A stretch of 64,000 bases of DNA, from the NCBI RefSeq assembly GCF_030028105.1, contig NC_092372.1, forward strand, positions 103,048,687 through 103,112,686, given 5' to 3'. The stretch's first letter is position 1. Every line of letters begins with the position of its first letter. The translations under genes and the position numbers were made by a program. Below are positions 12,291 to 25,556 of this stretch, piece by piece. The stretch comes from Mobula birostris (lineage: Eukaryota). Under the pieces are notes generated by a model that was given only the letters and a program-made list of their open reading frames with translations, made no database searches and was not told the DNA's origin.

Positions 12291-15200
12291 TGTTTGAAAT
12301 GTTTCCAGTTATCTGTTAGATTGCCAGTAAACTGTAAAGGTGCGAGAGGACTTAATTATCCATGACATAAACTCTTGGCTTCTCACCTGAATTTCTTAGT
12401 GAATAATTCAGTGAACTTCAGCAACAATGGATTCTTTCGCCAGCAGTTTTTCTCCATCAGACTGTTGTACTCACACAGTCTTTTTGTCAGTCGCTCATGG
12501 TATTAATGAACTGCCCGCATTGCTCACTGCAAACTGAAGTTTTTATGTGACTATATAGTCACATAATAACACAACATGCACCTTGCATCTACAGATGCTG
12601 AAGCTTTAATCAGGGCTTCCCCTCGAAGGTGGGAGGTGTAAAGCTGGGCTGAGGAGGATCAGGGATCGGAGGGAATTGGCACAGTGCTGGATTGTGTCCT
12701 ACCAGAAGGAAACAATGAGGAAAACGTAGAAACAGGGTAAAAATGAGAAGGACCAAGATGGTTAAGCAATAGAGATCAGAATGAAGAAACTAGGAATTTG
12801 GACCTCAGGGATAAATTTGTTTTCCCCTCTCTACACTCTCAGTGTTGATGTAGGTTCTCAATCCGAAATGTCAACTATCCCTTTCCCTCCGCAAAAGCTA
12901 CCTGACCCACTGAGTTCCTGCACCAGTTTGTCTTTGGTCCATATTCCAGGACCGGCAGAGTCTTCTATTCCTGTATTTCTGGTGGTATTTTGGTGTAGGC
13001 TCTCATGTAACGTCAGGCCAGCTGAAATATTTAATAAAATCTGCCAGAGCTGGGTTAAGGGAAGGTATAGTGTGCTCACCCAGAGCTAGGTGGGAGAGCT
13101 GCTCTGCTAGTGAAGGGACACTGAATTAGATTAACTGAGATGGAGATGGTGGAATTACTCCCACACTCACCGTCTCTGAGACTCATGGTGTTAAATTAGA
13201 ATAGAACAATTTTCTGATGTTTTTAGGCATATTAGGGCCATGGCTGAATCAAAACTTTAGACAAATAATCCTCATATACATAACTTACATGCACACTTGC
13301 ACAAGTGTATCCTTTTACAATCCGCACATGAGGTCTGTTAAGCTGTCAGATATATCAATGATACCCAATCAAGTTAAGGAGTGTCACATTTCTTATAACT
13401 CATGTGTTTGAGTCCATGGTTTAGTTCCTATTTATTATAATCCTCAGAATCAGTTCCAAGTCTGTAAGATATCCGTGACCTTTGAAGTCTGCAAAATGCG
13501 GAACTGGGCTATTGTGTAGGCAATCCAAAACTGATCAGACGGGGAAATAAAATCCAATGTACAATTATTTCAACCATGTGACTCAACAAAGAAGCTTTGA
13601 CAGGGGTCATTGTACAGATGAAATAAAAAGCAATTAGGAAACTACCTGTGGCCAAAGTATAAAATAGAATGAGTCAAAGCTATTTTGTTCATTTTTCGTT
13701 GAATACTCTCAAATCTGTGACATTGATTAAACTGACAATTGGAAGGAATTGAATTGAATTTTAACTTTTGATATGTTACAGTCTGTATGTTTATAACAGT
13801 GAGAAATGTCCAAATTTTCGAATAGTGTATGCCATTATTGTACATTTATAATATGTTCTGGGTGAACATATGTGGACAAAGCATCATGCATTTACTCAAA
13901 GCTGTTGAAGACTTCAGGATGTTGCAATGCATGCTTGTGTCGATAGAGTAATTATGAAACATTATGTTACTATACATTCCCATCACCACAGCACAGAACA
14001 ACGTTTGTCACATGGGTACTGTTGTGTAGGTGGCCGTTTACATAAGAATATCATTAATAAAAATGCTAGAGACTGGAGTTAAGCTAACAGGGGTTTTTAC
14101 TTACGGAACCCGAACTGAACACAAAAATACAGATCAATACGTCCCTAATAGTGCATGTTCAATAACGTGTTACTATGACATAAAATAGTCCCATATTATG
14201 CTGTAGGCTATATGGTACATAGAACAAGACTTATAAAACGGAAGAATTGTACTGTAAAATTTTCTTTCACATTCTTATGACATCATCAAAAATAACTTTA
14301 GATATCATGTTCTTTTATTTCCAGATATCTGATGCCAATTCTATCAATGATAAAATAATAAAATATAAATGTCTCACTCTGATACAACATATATTTCCAT
14401 TAGCTCATTGCTCGTCAGATTATTGTTGTCCTTTTCTCTTATTGGGAAACATTTTGATGAATAGCAGATTGTGCTGGAGTAGAGTCAATTTTCCAGACTT
14501 GTGGCCAGATCAGAACGCTGTCCATTCCTGTCTGACCAACAAAGTAAACATGAATTCACCTTTTAAGTATCATCCATGGTTGACCAAATGTGTCCTGATT
14601 CAAGTTATTTGAGGACAAGCAATATCAGATTGATACATGTCAATTCTCACACCACAAATGACTGTGTGAAACTTCGATGAGCACTGAAATTATTGTACCT
14701 TGTGTCTAACATGTCAAGATCTGCCTTTGCTTTGCAAAATCCATGAAGGCACAAGAGGCGGCAGTGGGAGAAATGCATATGGTCCTTCATACCTGCTCTG
14801 CTCTTCAATGAGATCAATGCTGATCTGATATTTAGCCTTGGCACAATTTCCTGACAAATCCCAATAATCCCTGGTTCCTAAAGAGTCTATAAATCTATTT
14901 TTCTCTTGAACACCACACAACCTTCCAGGAGAGAAATTTCCAGAATTCATCATTCCTCCTCATCTTCACTGAATGACCTAGCATTATACCCATGGTGGCC
15001 AGCTCCTCCAGTGGAAGTAATCCCTTCTCAACATCTGCTCTAATAAGTCCTCTCAGAATCTGACAGCTTCAATGAAATCAACTGTCATTCCTTGTTAGAA
15101 TCTCTGTTCAATTGTCAGCATGATATTAATCAGAATCAGCTTTAATATCAGTCACATATTGTATGTTGTGAAATCTGTTGATATGTTGCAGTAGTACAGG

Positions 15201-15889
15201 GCAATACATAAGAACTGTAAAGTACAATAAGAAATGCATACACACGTAATATTTATTTAAAAAAATAGGTCAGTGGGGCAAAAAGAAAGCAATTATTATG
15301 ACATTAGAACAACTTCGAGAGCTATCACTTTCTTCCGTCTAGATTTACAGTTTACTCTAATCCTTTGTAAAGTTGGAGCATAGAATGTCACAATATAAAG
15401 AGCAATGTGAAAAGTAATTGTTATTTCCTGAAAACCTGATCTCCATATTTCCTTAATAATGAGAAATTTCACAGTGAAAAAAAATACATTGTAACATTCT
15501 AGCTATGATTTTCCACTTCATTTTTCTGGTTAAATAATGACAGGTGGGTTTTAGTTTATTGACAAGTAAATGTTTTATATAAACATCAGAGCTATCAGCA
15601 TTTACATCTATAATGTTTCACCTTTTTTGGTTGAATGGTGTTAGCGATAATGCTTTCAATTGTTTTAAGGGTTCTTTTTATTATTTTTGCTGTTCTTGTT
15701 TTAATAATTAATTAAAATAATTGACTGTTTTAACTTTTAGATGTTGGTTTAATTTTACATGATCTCTTGCACATTGTTAGCTGTTTCCCACTCGCAAGCT
15801 CTTCAACACCTGGTTCAGTCAGAGCTGTGGGTTATGCAACTAACTAAGTATTCCTGTGGGATGGTTTTGATTGAACCATGCCGAGAAAT

Positions 15890-15990
15890 GTGATCAGTGA
15901 TCTGTGATTGGTGATGGCTGTGATCTGTGATGTGATGTGATATGATCTGTGACTTGCGATGTGATGTGATCTGTGATCTGTGATCTGTGT
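15890..15990. repeat. Degenerate (TGTGA/TCTGTGA)n simple repeat
   Basis: Direct read. Confidence 0.8.
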
Positions 15991-18474
15991 TGGACTCTAC
16001 TTATTTGCTCCTTGACCGGAAACATATATCTCAGAATCTGCACCTGTTACTTTAAACAATATAGAGTTTTACTGACCTGCTGAGTATTACACATGGTTTT
16101 ATTTTAGATTTTGACCATCTGCAGGTTTTATTTTTGATTTATAGGATATTTTAATGTGCTTTTGTCAGCTACAGTTAACGACCATGAAGTCAAATTAAGA
16201 CTAGAAGAGTGAAATAGTATCTCAGTAAGTCTGACTGTACAAAGCTGAGCCAGGGTCGACCACAGCAAAACATTCTATCAAATCACTCGGATAAGAGAGT
16301 GATGATGACTGTGTTTTATTGTGCATTTTATATGACTCGAAGACTTACAAAGATTATCCTGCTCAAGGTTAGGGCAGCTCCTTTGTTTAACAACAGTCAC
16401 CTCCCGAGGTTGTGAAAATGTAAGTGGAAGAGTTCAATAAATCAATATATTCTTCTTCCGTCACACGTCAGACAACGGAGAGTTAGGGATGCACTGTTAC
16501 TGTGACGAACAGACGATAGTTACCAGATGGCTAATTGGCAATCAAGTCACAGTTAAGCAACAATTATTCTTTCAAGCACATGGTATGTTGAGATGTGTTT
16601 TATTTTCACTAATTGTATCAGGTGTCTGAATCAATGTTTACTCCTGTGTGTTCCTCAGAGATGGAAAATATTAAAAAGAAATATTTTATGACTGAAATAT
16701 GTCCATAGAAGATAAGTGGAAGGCAGTGAGGGAAGAGTAAAGTGAAGTTGAGGACAGGAGTATAAAGGGCAAAGAACCTGAGGTCCAAAGAGGCAACAAA
16801 GGTAAATCCAAAAGTTAAAGATTAGTGTGACACAAGTCTGTTCACAGTTGATTTTCATTGATGGTAATGGAACAGACACCATTGTACTTCAGAGTAATTA
16901 TTTCTTCAGCATGTGTAGGCTCTTCAAGGAACTTTGGTTCAGGGTTGCTAGGTTAGAGTCTGCAAGACAGACATGGTGTTCCAAGCGACAGTCAGTGATT
17001 CCTCAAAATCGATCTGTGGTCTGGGATAGGATTTTGTAATTGCACAAGAGTGAGGTAGAAGGCAGAAATTCATCCCTTCCCACTAATGAAAAGGGTCAAT
17101 ATTCTTGCTCACTTTTCAGATAGGATGGGGTCTGTAGGAAGGAGGTGCACAATACACATGGCATCATGGCACAGTCAGTAGATCAAATGGGGAGGCAAAA
17201 ATGTTATGTAGCTGTCAAGGTGTAAAGTATGGTTAGGAGAACAGACACTGTCCTACGAGTCCAGAGGTTCAATTACTCACAAGGGTGCTTCACCTGCTGT
17301 GTTCCTCCAGTATTTTGTATGTGTTTTTAAGAAAATATTATTGTAGTTGAGATCAGATATCGAATGGCCAGGGGACTGGACGCTATTCTATACAGGAAAA
17401 ACTGAGAGCCCTGAAGGTTTACATACACACAACCTCTGATAAAAGCCTGGTACAGACAAATGCCAGCTTCAGGCTCAGCACTTTGAACATCTGGGAACTG
17501 ACTGTGATTCAGGAACCTCCAGATGTTTAACCTCAGTGCTGAAGTACTCAGGGATGGCGTCAGAGGAATTAGAAGGGACACTAATATCTGCATATTTTTC
17601 TTCCATCACAATCTGAATTATCCTGGATTATTCTGAAATGAAACCTGGATGACAACATTGTATAAGAGGCTTCAACCAGTGTTTGGTGCTAAAGAGGTTA
17701 TGGAGGAGGAAGGCATGATTAAAAGACCAGGCACACAAGTCTCCTTGACTTGCTGAGTTCTTCTACTATTTTGAATAGGCTTTTAAGAATATAGTAATGT
17801 AGTTGACATCAGGTATAGAATGGCTGGGGAACTATTATATACTAGGATATACAGCAAAGACTGAGATTCTTGAAGGTTTATGTACACACAGACTATGATA
17901 AGACCCTGGAAGAGGAGAGCATACTGTAGGGAAAATGTGTTCTGTAGTTTGGAGCATGCTCTGGGATTTGCAGACACTGGGGGCTGAGGCAATACATGTT
18001 TGCTCTGTTGCAACTGAGTGAGGATGGCAGAGCAAACATTTAAAATCTGAACTCGGAGATGGATCAGAAGTAAGAATGATTCTAGGTCTGGGACCAATGC
18101 AACAACATTGTGGTGTAGGAATCTAGTGGTTTTCTAAAAAAAAAGCACGTGCCTCTGTGATGAATCTTAGATGTGCTGATTAATTTGTTGATTTTCGTAA
18201 ACTACTGATATGGGTGAATTTAATATATTAACAATTCATTTTACCAGTGCAGTAGAAGTTGGCTCCATGCCTTGTACCTCCCGTGGAACTCATTATCTTT
18301 GTTGACGGAGAACAATAAAAATTATTATACACATTCAGAACAGATTGCTTCTGTTTACTCCAATGTCTTTGTAACATGGCTGATCTGGGAATAGTCTTTT
18401 TGTTTGTTGTGATATATTTCCAATGATAAGTAAACAGGAGCAAGTGTTGACTTTGATATATAGAACCTCATGAA

Positions 18475-21400
18475 CAGGGGCGGCGCTAAGGTGGTGCTAG
18501 CTGGGGCTATAGCCCCAGCAGAAATTGCAATAGCACCAGCGTAGCACCACCAAGAAATTAGCTGCAGCTGTTTTGCTTTCTCTGTATAGTTTTGACTACA
18601 GCTTGTTTCTCCAGTTGATCTAGTGAAACAGCGCCCCCAATTACCATAGCACCCACACAGCAATAAAGTTATAAACTTGGTCAGATCCACTCTACACTTC
18701 TGCTTATTCGTTCATTGTCAATGCCTTGCCGTTGCTGTCCTCAGATCAGTTAAGCTGATCTAAGATCACTTAAGGTGGTGATGTCACTCACTCGCACTCA
18801 CGCGAGAGATTGATAGATCATTTTCCGACTAAAAATTGATCCATTTCATCCAGAGGAATCAGTGGTGTCTCAGCCTGAGCATGTCTTAATTGAAAGTGAC
18901 ATGCAGAAAGAAGTAAGTGGGGATGAGGACGACAGCAGTTCATTGAAGGAGTGTGTGGGCGAAATAGAGGAACAAGAAATGGAGTGGGATTCGGAAGAGA
19001 ACTTGGATGAAGCTGCTTTTAGTGAGAATGATAATACTGTTAGCAATGTTAGCCAGCAGCCTGAGGAAGGACCCCGTCAGCCAGCATTGAAAAAGTACCC
19101 TTCACAACAGTTTGGCTATCAGCAAAGGAGCTTTATTCGTGGCTGGTTTGACTGGCTGGAATATTCAATCACAAGAGATGCTACATTCTGCTTTGCATTT
19201 AGGCATTTCCTGTGTGGAGGATATGGTTTCCATTCTGAGTCTACCTTCACTGTCACCGGTTACCGCAACTGGCGGAAAGCTACAACAGCTTTCAAAACCC
19301 ACCATGTAAGTGCAGCTCATAAGTTTGCTACAGAGGCATGGGTCCGAATTCAGATTGAGAAAACAAGATGGTTCAAGATTGGGAAGTATGCTTGACAAAG
19401 GACATGCAAAGATTGTCCAAGAAAATCGTGAGTATATGAGAGCAGTGGTTGAGTCTCTATGCTATACTGCGTGCCAAGGCATTGCCCAGCGAGGACACCG
19501 GGAGGATGATGGATCTGGCAATAGGGGAAACCTTGATGAGTTGCTCAGTGTAATTGGGAAGTTTGATAAGACTGCAGCTAAAAAAAATAGAGGACAATCC
19601 TGGAAATGCAAAAAACACCCATCACGATATCCAAAATGAAATTATGGGTATCATGGCAGATATGGTCAGACACCAAATAAGTGCAGAAATCAAGGAGGCT
19701 GGATATTTTGCCAACATGGTGGATGAAAGTAAAGACTTGAGTAACAAGGAGAAAATATCAGTGGTGGTGCGGTATTTGAATAACGAAACAGTGCTTGAAG
19801 AATTTTTGCACTTCGCTCCAGCAGAAGGGTTGGACGCAGAGTCGCTTCTTAAAAGCATTGAACAGACACTCACCCAGTTTGTTATTGATAAGAACACGTG
19901 TATCGGTCAGTGTCATGATGGGGCGACAGTGATGTCCGGATGCAATAACGTGGTACAAGAGAGGTTCAGGAAAGAGGTCCCGCAGGCATTGTATATACAC
20001 TGCCATGCTCACAGACTTAACCTTGTTTTAGTGGATGATGTGAGCAATGTACCACAAGCGGGTGAGTTTTTTGAAACTGTGCAGCTGCTTTACAACTTCT
20101 TTTCAAACTCTGTTGCCCACGATCTTTTCATGAAGAAACAGGGAGAACTGGAATCAACTGCACAGCCTGTGGAATTGAAGAAATTGTCAGATACACGCTG
20201 GACATGGCAGTATACAGCTTTGTGGCCTATAAGGAAATCACTCCCTGCCATTCTAGCTACACTACAGGATATTATGGGTCAACCAAATGTACGGGGGAAA
20301 ACGGAGGCCAGAGCTGTAAATGGACTGATTGACGAGCAGTTTGCTTTACTTCTCACTCTGTTTGAGAATTTATTCCGAGTCACCAAGTTCATGTCAGACC
20401 AGCTATAATCTCCCAGTTTGGTGCTTTCATCCGCTGTGGACTTGGCTCAGTCTGTTATCGGTGCACTCTCAGCAAAACGGGGAGAGGAATCATGGAGTGA
20501 AATTCAGACAAGAACTAGGGACCTGTGCGTCAAGGCCGGTATACAGAGCAGACCACATGAAAGGAGACAGGCCCAGCCACCCCGCCGTCTACATGATTTT
20601 GTTGTTGAGGTCCAAACTGAACGCACACCTGTCACATCCTCTGATGACCTTCGCAACCACTGTTTCTATCCGGTTATAGACAGACTTCTGACTGAAGTGA
20701 AAAGACGGTTCTCAGTTGAGACTGGGAGTGTTCTGACTGGAGTCTCAGCATTGAGTCCCAAACAAAAGTTCTTCCTGGACAAGAATTGTCTTTGGCCAAT
20801 GGCCCAATGCTATGGAGTGACTGAGGTGAACCTGACTGCAGAGCTACATCAGGTTTGGTGTCTGCCAGAAACAAAACAAAAGCAAGGACAGACAGTGAAT
20901 GACACAGTGGAACTTCTAGCTCTAATGTGACCCTACCGCGATGCATTTATAGATTTATACAAACTAATCTGCATATCACTGACTCTACCTGTTAAATCTG
21001 CCTCATGCGAATGGAGTTTCTCTTGCCTCAGATGCGTCAAAAACTACTTAAGGAATAGCAGCGGCGATGCTCGGAACAGCAACTTGTCTCTGTTGGCCAT
21101 AAACAGCCGGATGACCAAAGCACTTGACATCCAGAAAATCATTGATGCTTTCGCCACCAATCACAGCAACAGACGGATTGTGCTTCTCTGCAAACATCAA
21201 TGGTAAGTGCAGTTGATTTTTTAAAAAATTTGGGCCAAAGCTAATGCTGATTATTATTATTATTTTGTGGTAGATACCTATAGTCCTTATGTTTCCTGCA
21301 AATCCTAAAATATTACATTTACTGCTATTAAGCCTACTGGTGATTCTGTTGATTTTTGTTTTAAATTTAATAGCCATACTAATTGAGGTATTGCATGGTC

Positions 21401-21887
21401 AGAGTATGATTTGTCCAACTCCTGGTAAAGCCTTGCATCTGTTGTTTGCGTTATTTGACTTTAATAACGGTGTATCTTTTGGCATTGCTATCTATGTAAT
21501 GCGAATATCAGTGGGTTCATGTTGTGCTTTTCAGTTGAAGAGCACGCATTTGATGCTGATTGTGGGATTGGTGCGTGATTCACGTTGTCCGCTGTTGCTC
21601 GGATGTTCTGTTTGTTTTTTTTGTTTATGCTCGGTGTAGCCCAGGTTGTCTGCAATGCTGATGACACTGTAACAGTTCACTTCTATATTAGATCTATCAA
21701 TTGCTGTTGCTTGTGAATCAACAGAGGCATTTATAGTAGGCACATAATGCTTGAAACTGACTTCTTAAATGCTACACGTCTGGCCTTGCGAATACCTATT
21801 ACCATACAGTGCATCGCTCAGCACCATCACTGAATCATTCAGCCCCACTGTAGCACCAGCAAGAAAAAATTTCTGGCGCCGCCACTG
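18475..21887 (+). mobile_element. Full-length hAT-superfamily DNA transposon (TTF zinc finger / DUF4371 / hATC, ZMYM1-like transposase), inactivated
   Basis: TIRs CAGGGGCGGCGCTA and TGGCGCCGCCACTG; 8-bp TSD CTCATGAA/CTTATGAA; the empty site is seen in paralogs (~31920, ~39170). Confidence 0.92.
18862..21200 (+). pseudogene. hAT transposase pseudogene (frameshifts and stops)
   Basis: Fragments WLEYS..DATFCF, QRGHRE, MVDESKD, HDGATVMSG, IHCHAHRLNL, LSDTRW and SASCEWSFS spread over ORFs 18862-19395, 19310-19639, 19554-20408 and 20418-20930 and the sequence just downstream. Confidence 0.88.
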
Positions 21888-23879
21888 CTTATGAAGTGTC
21901 AAACAAGCTGATTTCCTAGAAATCACGTGGCCTCACAAACACGGGCTGCAATCTGTGCTGCAGTTCTGAATTTCCCTCATATTTGTACTTTCCCCAGGGG
22001 GAGGAGTCAACACGGCTCCAGGCTCCACAATTCACAAATCTGGAAGCTGAAAACTGAACCAGCTTCAGAAAGCCCTGAAGCTGATGTTTTGTCACTCTTG
22101 GACAATGAGCACAATGAACAAATATTCCTGGAAAAGCCTTAAACCATCACCAGTGACTTTTTACAGCACACCAGTTCCACACAGTGCACCAAATGTTTTT
22201 GCTCGCATATAAATCCAATCTATGCACAGTATACAGTATCCTATCACTTGTGTATGGGACCGGCAGAGATATTGGGGAAGTGTTAAATAAATTCCAGGGA
22301 ATAATTGACTATAAAACTTTTGGTTTAAAAGTTTAATTGAGTTTGAGTATATTTGGCATTGAGTGCTGAGATGTTGGTTTAGCTGGTGAATCAGGTGAAG
22401 ACTTCAAAGATGGAGAAGTGTAATATAAAATTTTCTCTGCATATGCTTACGACTTCATAAAAATAATCTTCATTATAAATGTTCTTTTATTCCATACGTC
22501 TGATGCCAATTCTATCAATGACAAAATAATAACATATGAATGTCACTCTCTGATACAATGTATATTTTCATTGGCTCATTGCTCATCAGATTATTGTCCT
22601 TTTCTCTTTTTCGGAAACATTTTGATGAATAAAAGATTGGTCAATTGGTCAATTATCCAGACTTGTGGCCAGATCAGAACGCTGTCTATTCTTGTGTGAC
22701 CAACAAAGTAAACATGAATTCACCTTTTAAAGATCATCCATGGTTGAACAAATGTGACCTGATTCAGGTTGGTGAAGGACAAACAATATCAGATGGATGC
22801 AGATCGATCCCAGAGCGTGAAAGAATTGATAAACACTGGAATTATCATACCCTGTGTAGCCATCTAACATGTTAAACTCTGCCTTTGCTTTAAAAATTCC
22901 ATGAAGACACAAGAGATGCAAAATTTCAGCAATTTTTATGACATTATAAGAACTTATAAAGTCATCTCTTCCTTCCTTACTTGGAGATTTACAGTAGATT
23001 ACTAAATTTTTTGTCTAAAGTCGAGTGCAAAATGTCACAATATAAAGAGCAACATTGGAAAAGTAAAGGTTATTTCCAGAAAACCTGGTTTTTGTATTTC
23101 CTTAATGATGAGATCTTTCATGGTGAGAAGCATATTGAAACATTCTAGCTATAATTTTCTATTTTGAATTCCTGGTTAGACACTAACAGGTGGATTTTGA
23201 TCTTATTGACATTTAATAGGTTGAATAAACATCAGGGTTATCAAGTCAAGTCAAGCCAAGTTAAATTTATCCACCTTTAACTATGTACATGTATACTGCC
23301 AAAAGAGACAACGTTTCTCCGGACCAGGGTGTAAAGCACAGTAGTACACATAACACAAAATAACTAAGGAAATAAGAATTAAATCTACAAATGAATTGTG
23401 CATAAATAAACAAAGTACAGTAAATTAAATATTGTAGAGTACAGTACAGATTATCCAGTGACACAGCAAATGCAATGCTGCAGGGAGTTCAGAAGCCTAA
23501 TCAACGTTAGTTATCAAAGGATATAGCGTGTTTAAGAGAACATGCACTATTCTATAAGTCCTAAAGGTTCACATCTGCATAAGGCTGCCTGACTTGCTGA
23601 GTTCCTCCAGTGTTTTCTGTGTGCTTTTGAGAATATAGTAGCGTAGTTGTCATCAGGTATAGAATGGCTTGAGGACTAGACATTATTCTATAAAGACTGC
23701 GTATCCTGAATGCTTACATAAGCATTTCCTTAAGACCCCTGGAGCTGTAAAACAGCAGCTTCCGCATCACAATAAACATATCTGTGAACTGAGTATGATT
23801 TGGGATCCATGAAAACTTCGATCTCAGTGCTGAGGTATGCAGGGATGGAGTCGGAGAAAAATAAGAACATTGATACCTA

Positions 23880-24628
23880 CACAAACACAAGGAAACCTGC
23901 AGATGCTGGAATTTCAAGCAACACAAATAAAAATTGCTGGTGAATGCAGCAGGCCAGGCAGCATCTCTAGGAAGAGGTACAGTCGACGACACTTCATGTG
24001 TGAGTTGGCTGGGGTGATATACTACGTCCAGTGCTCCTGATGTGGCTTTCTATATATTGGTGAACTCCCAGTGGCCACACATTTTAACTCCACGTCCCAT
24101 TCCCATTCTGATATATCTATCAACATCCTCCTCTACTGTAAAGATGAAGACTCAGGTTGGAAGTTATATTCCGTCTGGGTAGCCTCCAACCTGATGGCAT
24201 GAACATTGACTTCTCAAACTTCCGCTAATGCCCCACCTCCCCCTCGTACCCCATCTGTTATTTATTTATTTATATACACACATTCTTTGTCTCTAACTTC
24301 TTTTTCTCCCTCTGTCCCTCTGACTATACCCCTTGCCCATCTTCTGGTTGTCCCCCCCTCCCCCTTTTCCTTCTCCCTGGGCCCTCTGTCCCATGATCCT
24401 CTCATATCCCTTTTGCCAATCACCTGTCCAGCTCTTGGCTCCATCCCTCCCCCTCCTGTCTTCTCCTATCATTTTGGATCTCCTCCTCCCCCTCCCACTT
24501 TCAAATCTCTTACTAGCTCTTCTTTCAGTTCATCCTGACGAAGGGTCTCGGCCCGAAACGTCGACTGTCACTGTTCCTAGAGATGCTGCCTGGCCTGCTG
24601 CGTTCACTAGCAACTCTTATGTGTGTTG
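23880..24628 (+). mobile_element. Penelope-like element fragment with an inverted terminal copy
   Basis: 23890-23988 is the reverse complement of the element's 3' terminus (24555-24628); the interior matches the GIY-YIG and tail region of 37230-37930. Confidence 0.8.
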
Positions 24629-25070
24629 ACTGATATCTGCATTTTTCTTTGGATCACAATCCAAATTATCCTGGCGGATTCTGAAATGAAGCCTGGATGA
24701 AAACATTGTATAAGAGGCTTCAGGCAGAGTTTGGTGGCAAAGAGTTTCTGGAAGAGGAGGGCATACTGTAGGTAAATGAGTTCTGTAGTGTGAAGCATGT
24801 TCTGGGATTTACAGACCCGGGGAGGGGATGAGGCAATGCACGTTTGCTCTGTGGCAACTGAATGAGGCCGGCAGAGCAAACTTTTAAAACGTGAACACTG
24901 AGGATGGATAAGTTTGGGTCTGGTCTGGGTCCAATGCAGCAACATGCTGATTCTTCAGACAAAGTGTGGATTGTATCCAATGTTGGAAATATCTATGTAT
25001 TTTACAAACCTGCAACATTAAAGAACTGGGAGACATGCTGCAACATGAAGATTTTGAATGGGAGAGCAAT

Positions 25071-25468
25071 TTCCCAGAAATCGCAGGTATAAACTCCATC
25101 TTGTAGTGAGCATGCTCTCCTGAATTGCAGACTTTCCAAACCTGTGAGAATAAGGCCCAGGACTGGAATTTTAAAGCTAGAAAGGAAACAATTTGGTTCA
25201 TTTTGCACCATTAACTTTGCTAGAAGTGAATTATTCATTTCTTCCTGAAAATAAACAAATCAATCTTCAAATTAGTCCAACAGAATCAAGTTATATTGAT
25301 AGATAATCCTATTACAGCTCTGAAGCACACACATGCTGAAATGTAAAGCTACAGAAGTGAAAGTAGATCTGAGCTGGGAGCAGGAAATCCCCTGCTTCAG
25401 GACGTCAGTGTTTGGCAGAGTTCCCTGCATGAGATTATGCAAATTGGAGAAGAGTGCCCCAATAAATA
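25071..25468 (+). promoter_or_regulatory. Inducible-type promoter of copy A: GAS, IRF-E, NF-kB, CRE-like, C/EBP-octamer and TATA-like motifs
   Basis: TTCCCAGAA 25071-25079; AAGTGAAAGT 25355-25364; GGAAATCCCC 25383-25392; GACGTCA 25401-25407; kB-like CAGAGTTCCC 25416-25425; ATTATGCAAAT 25434-25444; AATAAATA 25461-25468. Motif matches only. Confidence 0.7.
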
Positions 25469-25556
25469 GAAGCTCACTGAATGGTTTCAGCATGTCTCGA
25501 TTCAGCAGAGAACAGCTGCATTGAACAGAAGATCCGTCTGCAGTACAAAGTGGAAG

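Larger units (their letters stand above)
8030..12570 (-). mobile_element. Degraded Gypsy LTR retrotransposon with nested insertions
   Basis: Protease-like FKLDTRAQVNLL (~9250), gag-like EKAVNMCRAEE (~10700), polypurine tract at ~8170-8180, and similar LTR-like segments at ~8108-8150 and ~12507-12546. Boundaries are approximate. Confidence 0.65.

Noticed and set aside
15700-17250. Possible additional exons in unique-looking sequence
   Set aside because: I found no recognisable coding motif or consistent exon chain by eye.
18862-20930. Host gene ZMYM1-like
   Set aside because: Bounded by TIRs and an 8-bp TSD, with frameshifts and stops: a transposon copy, not a domesticated gene.
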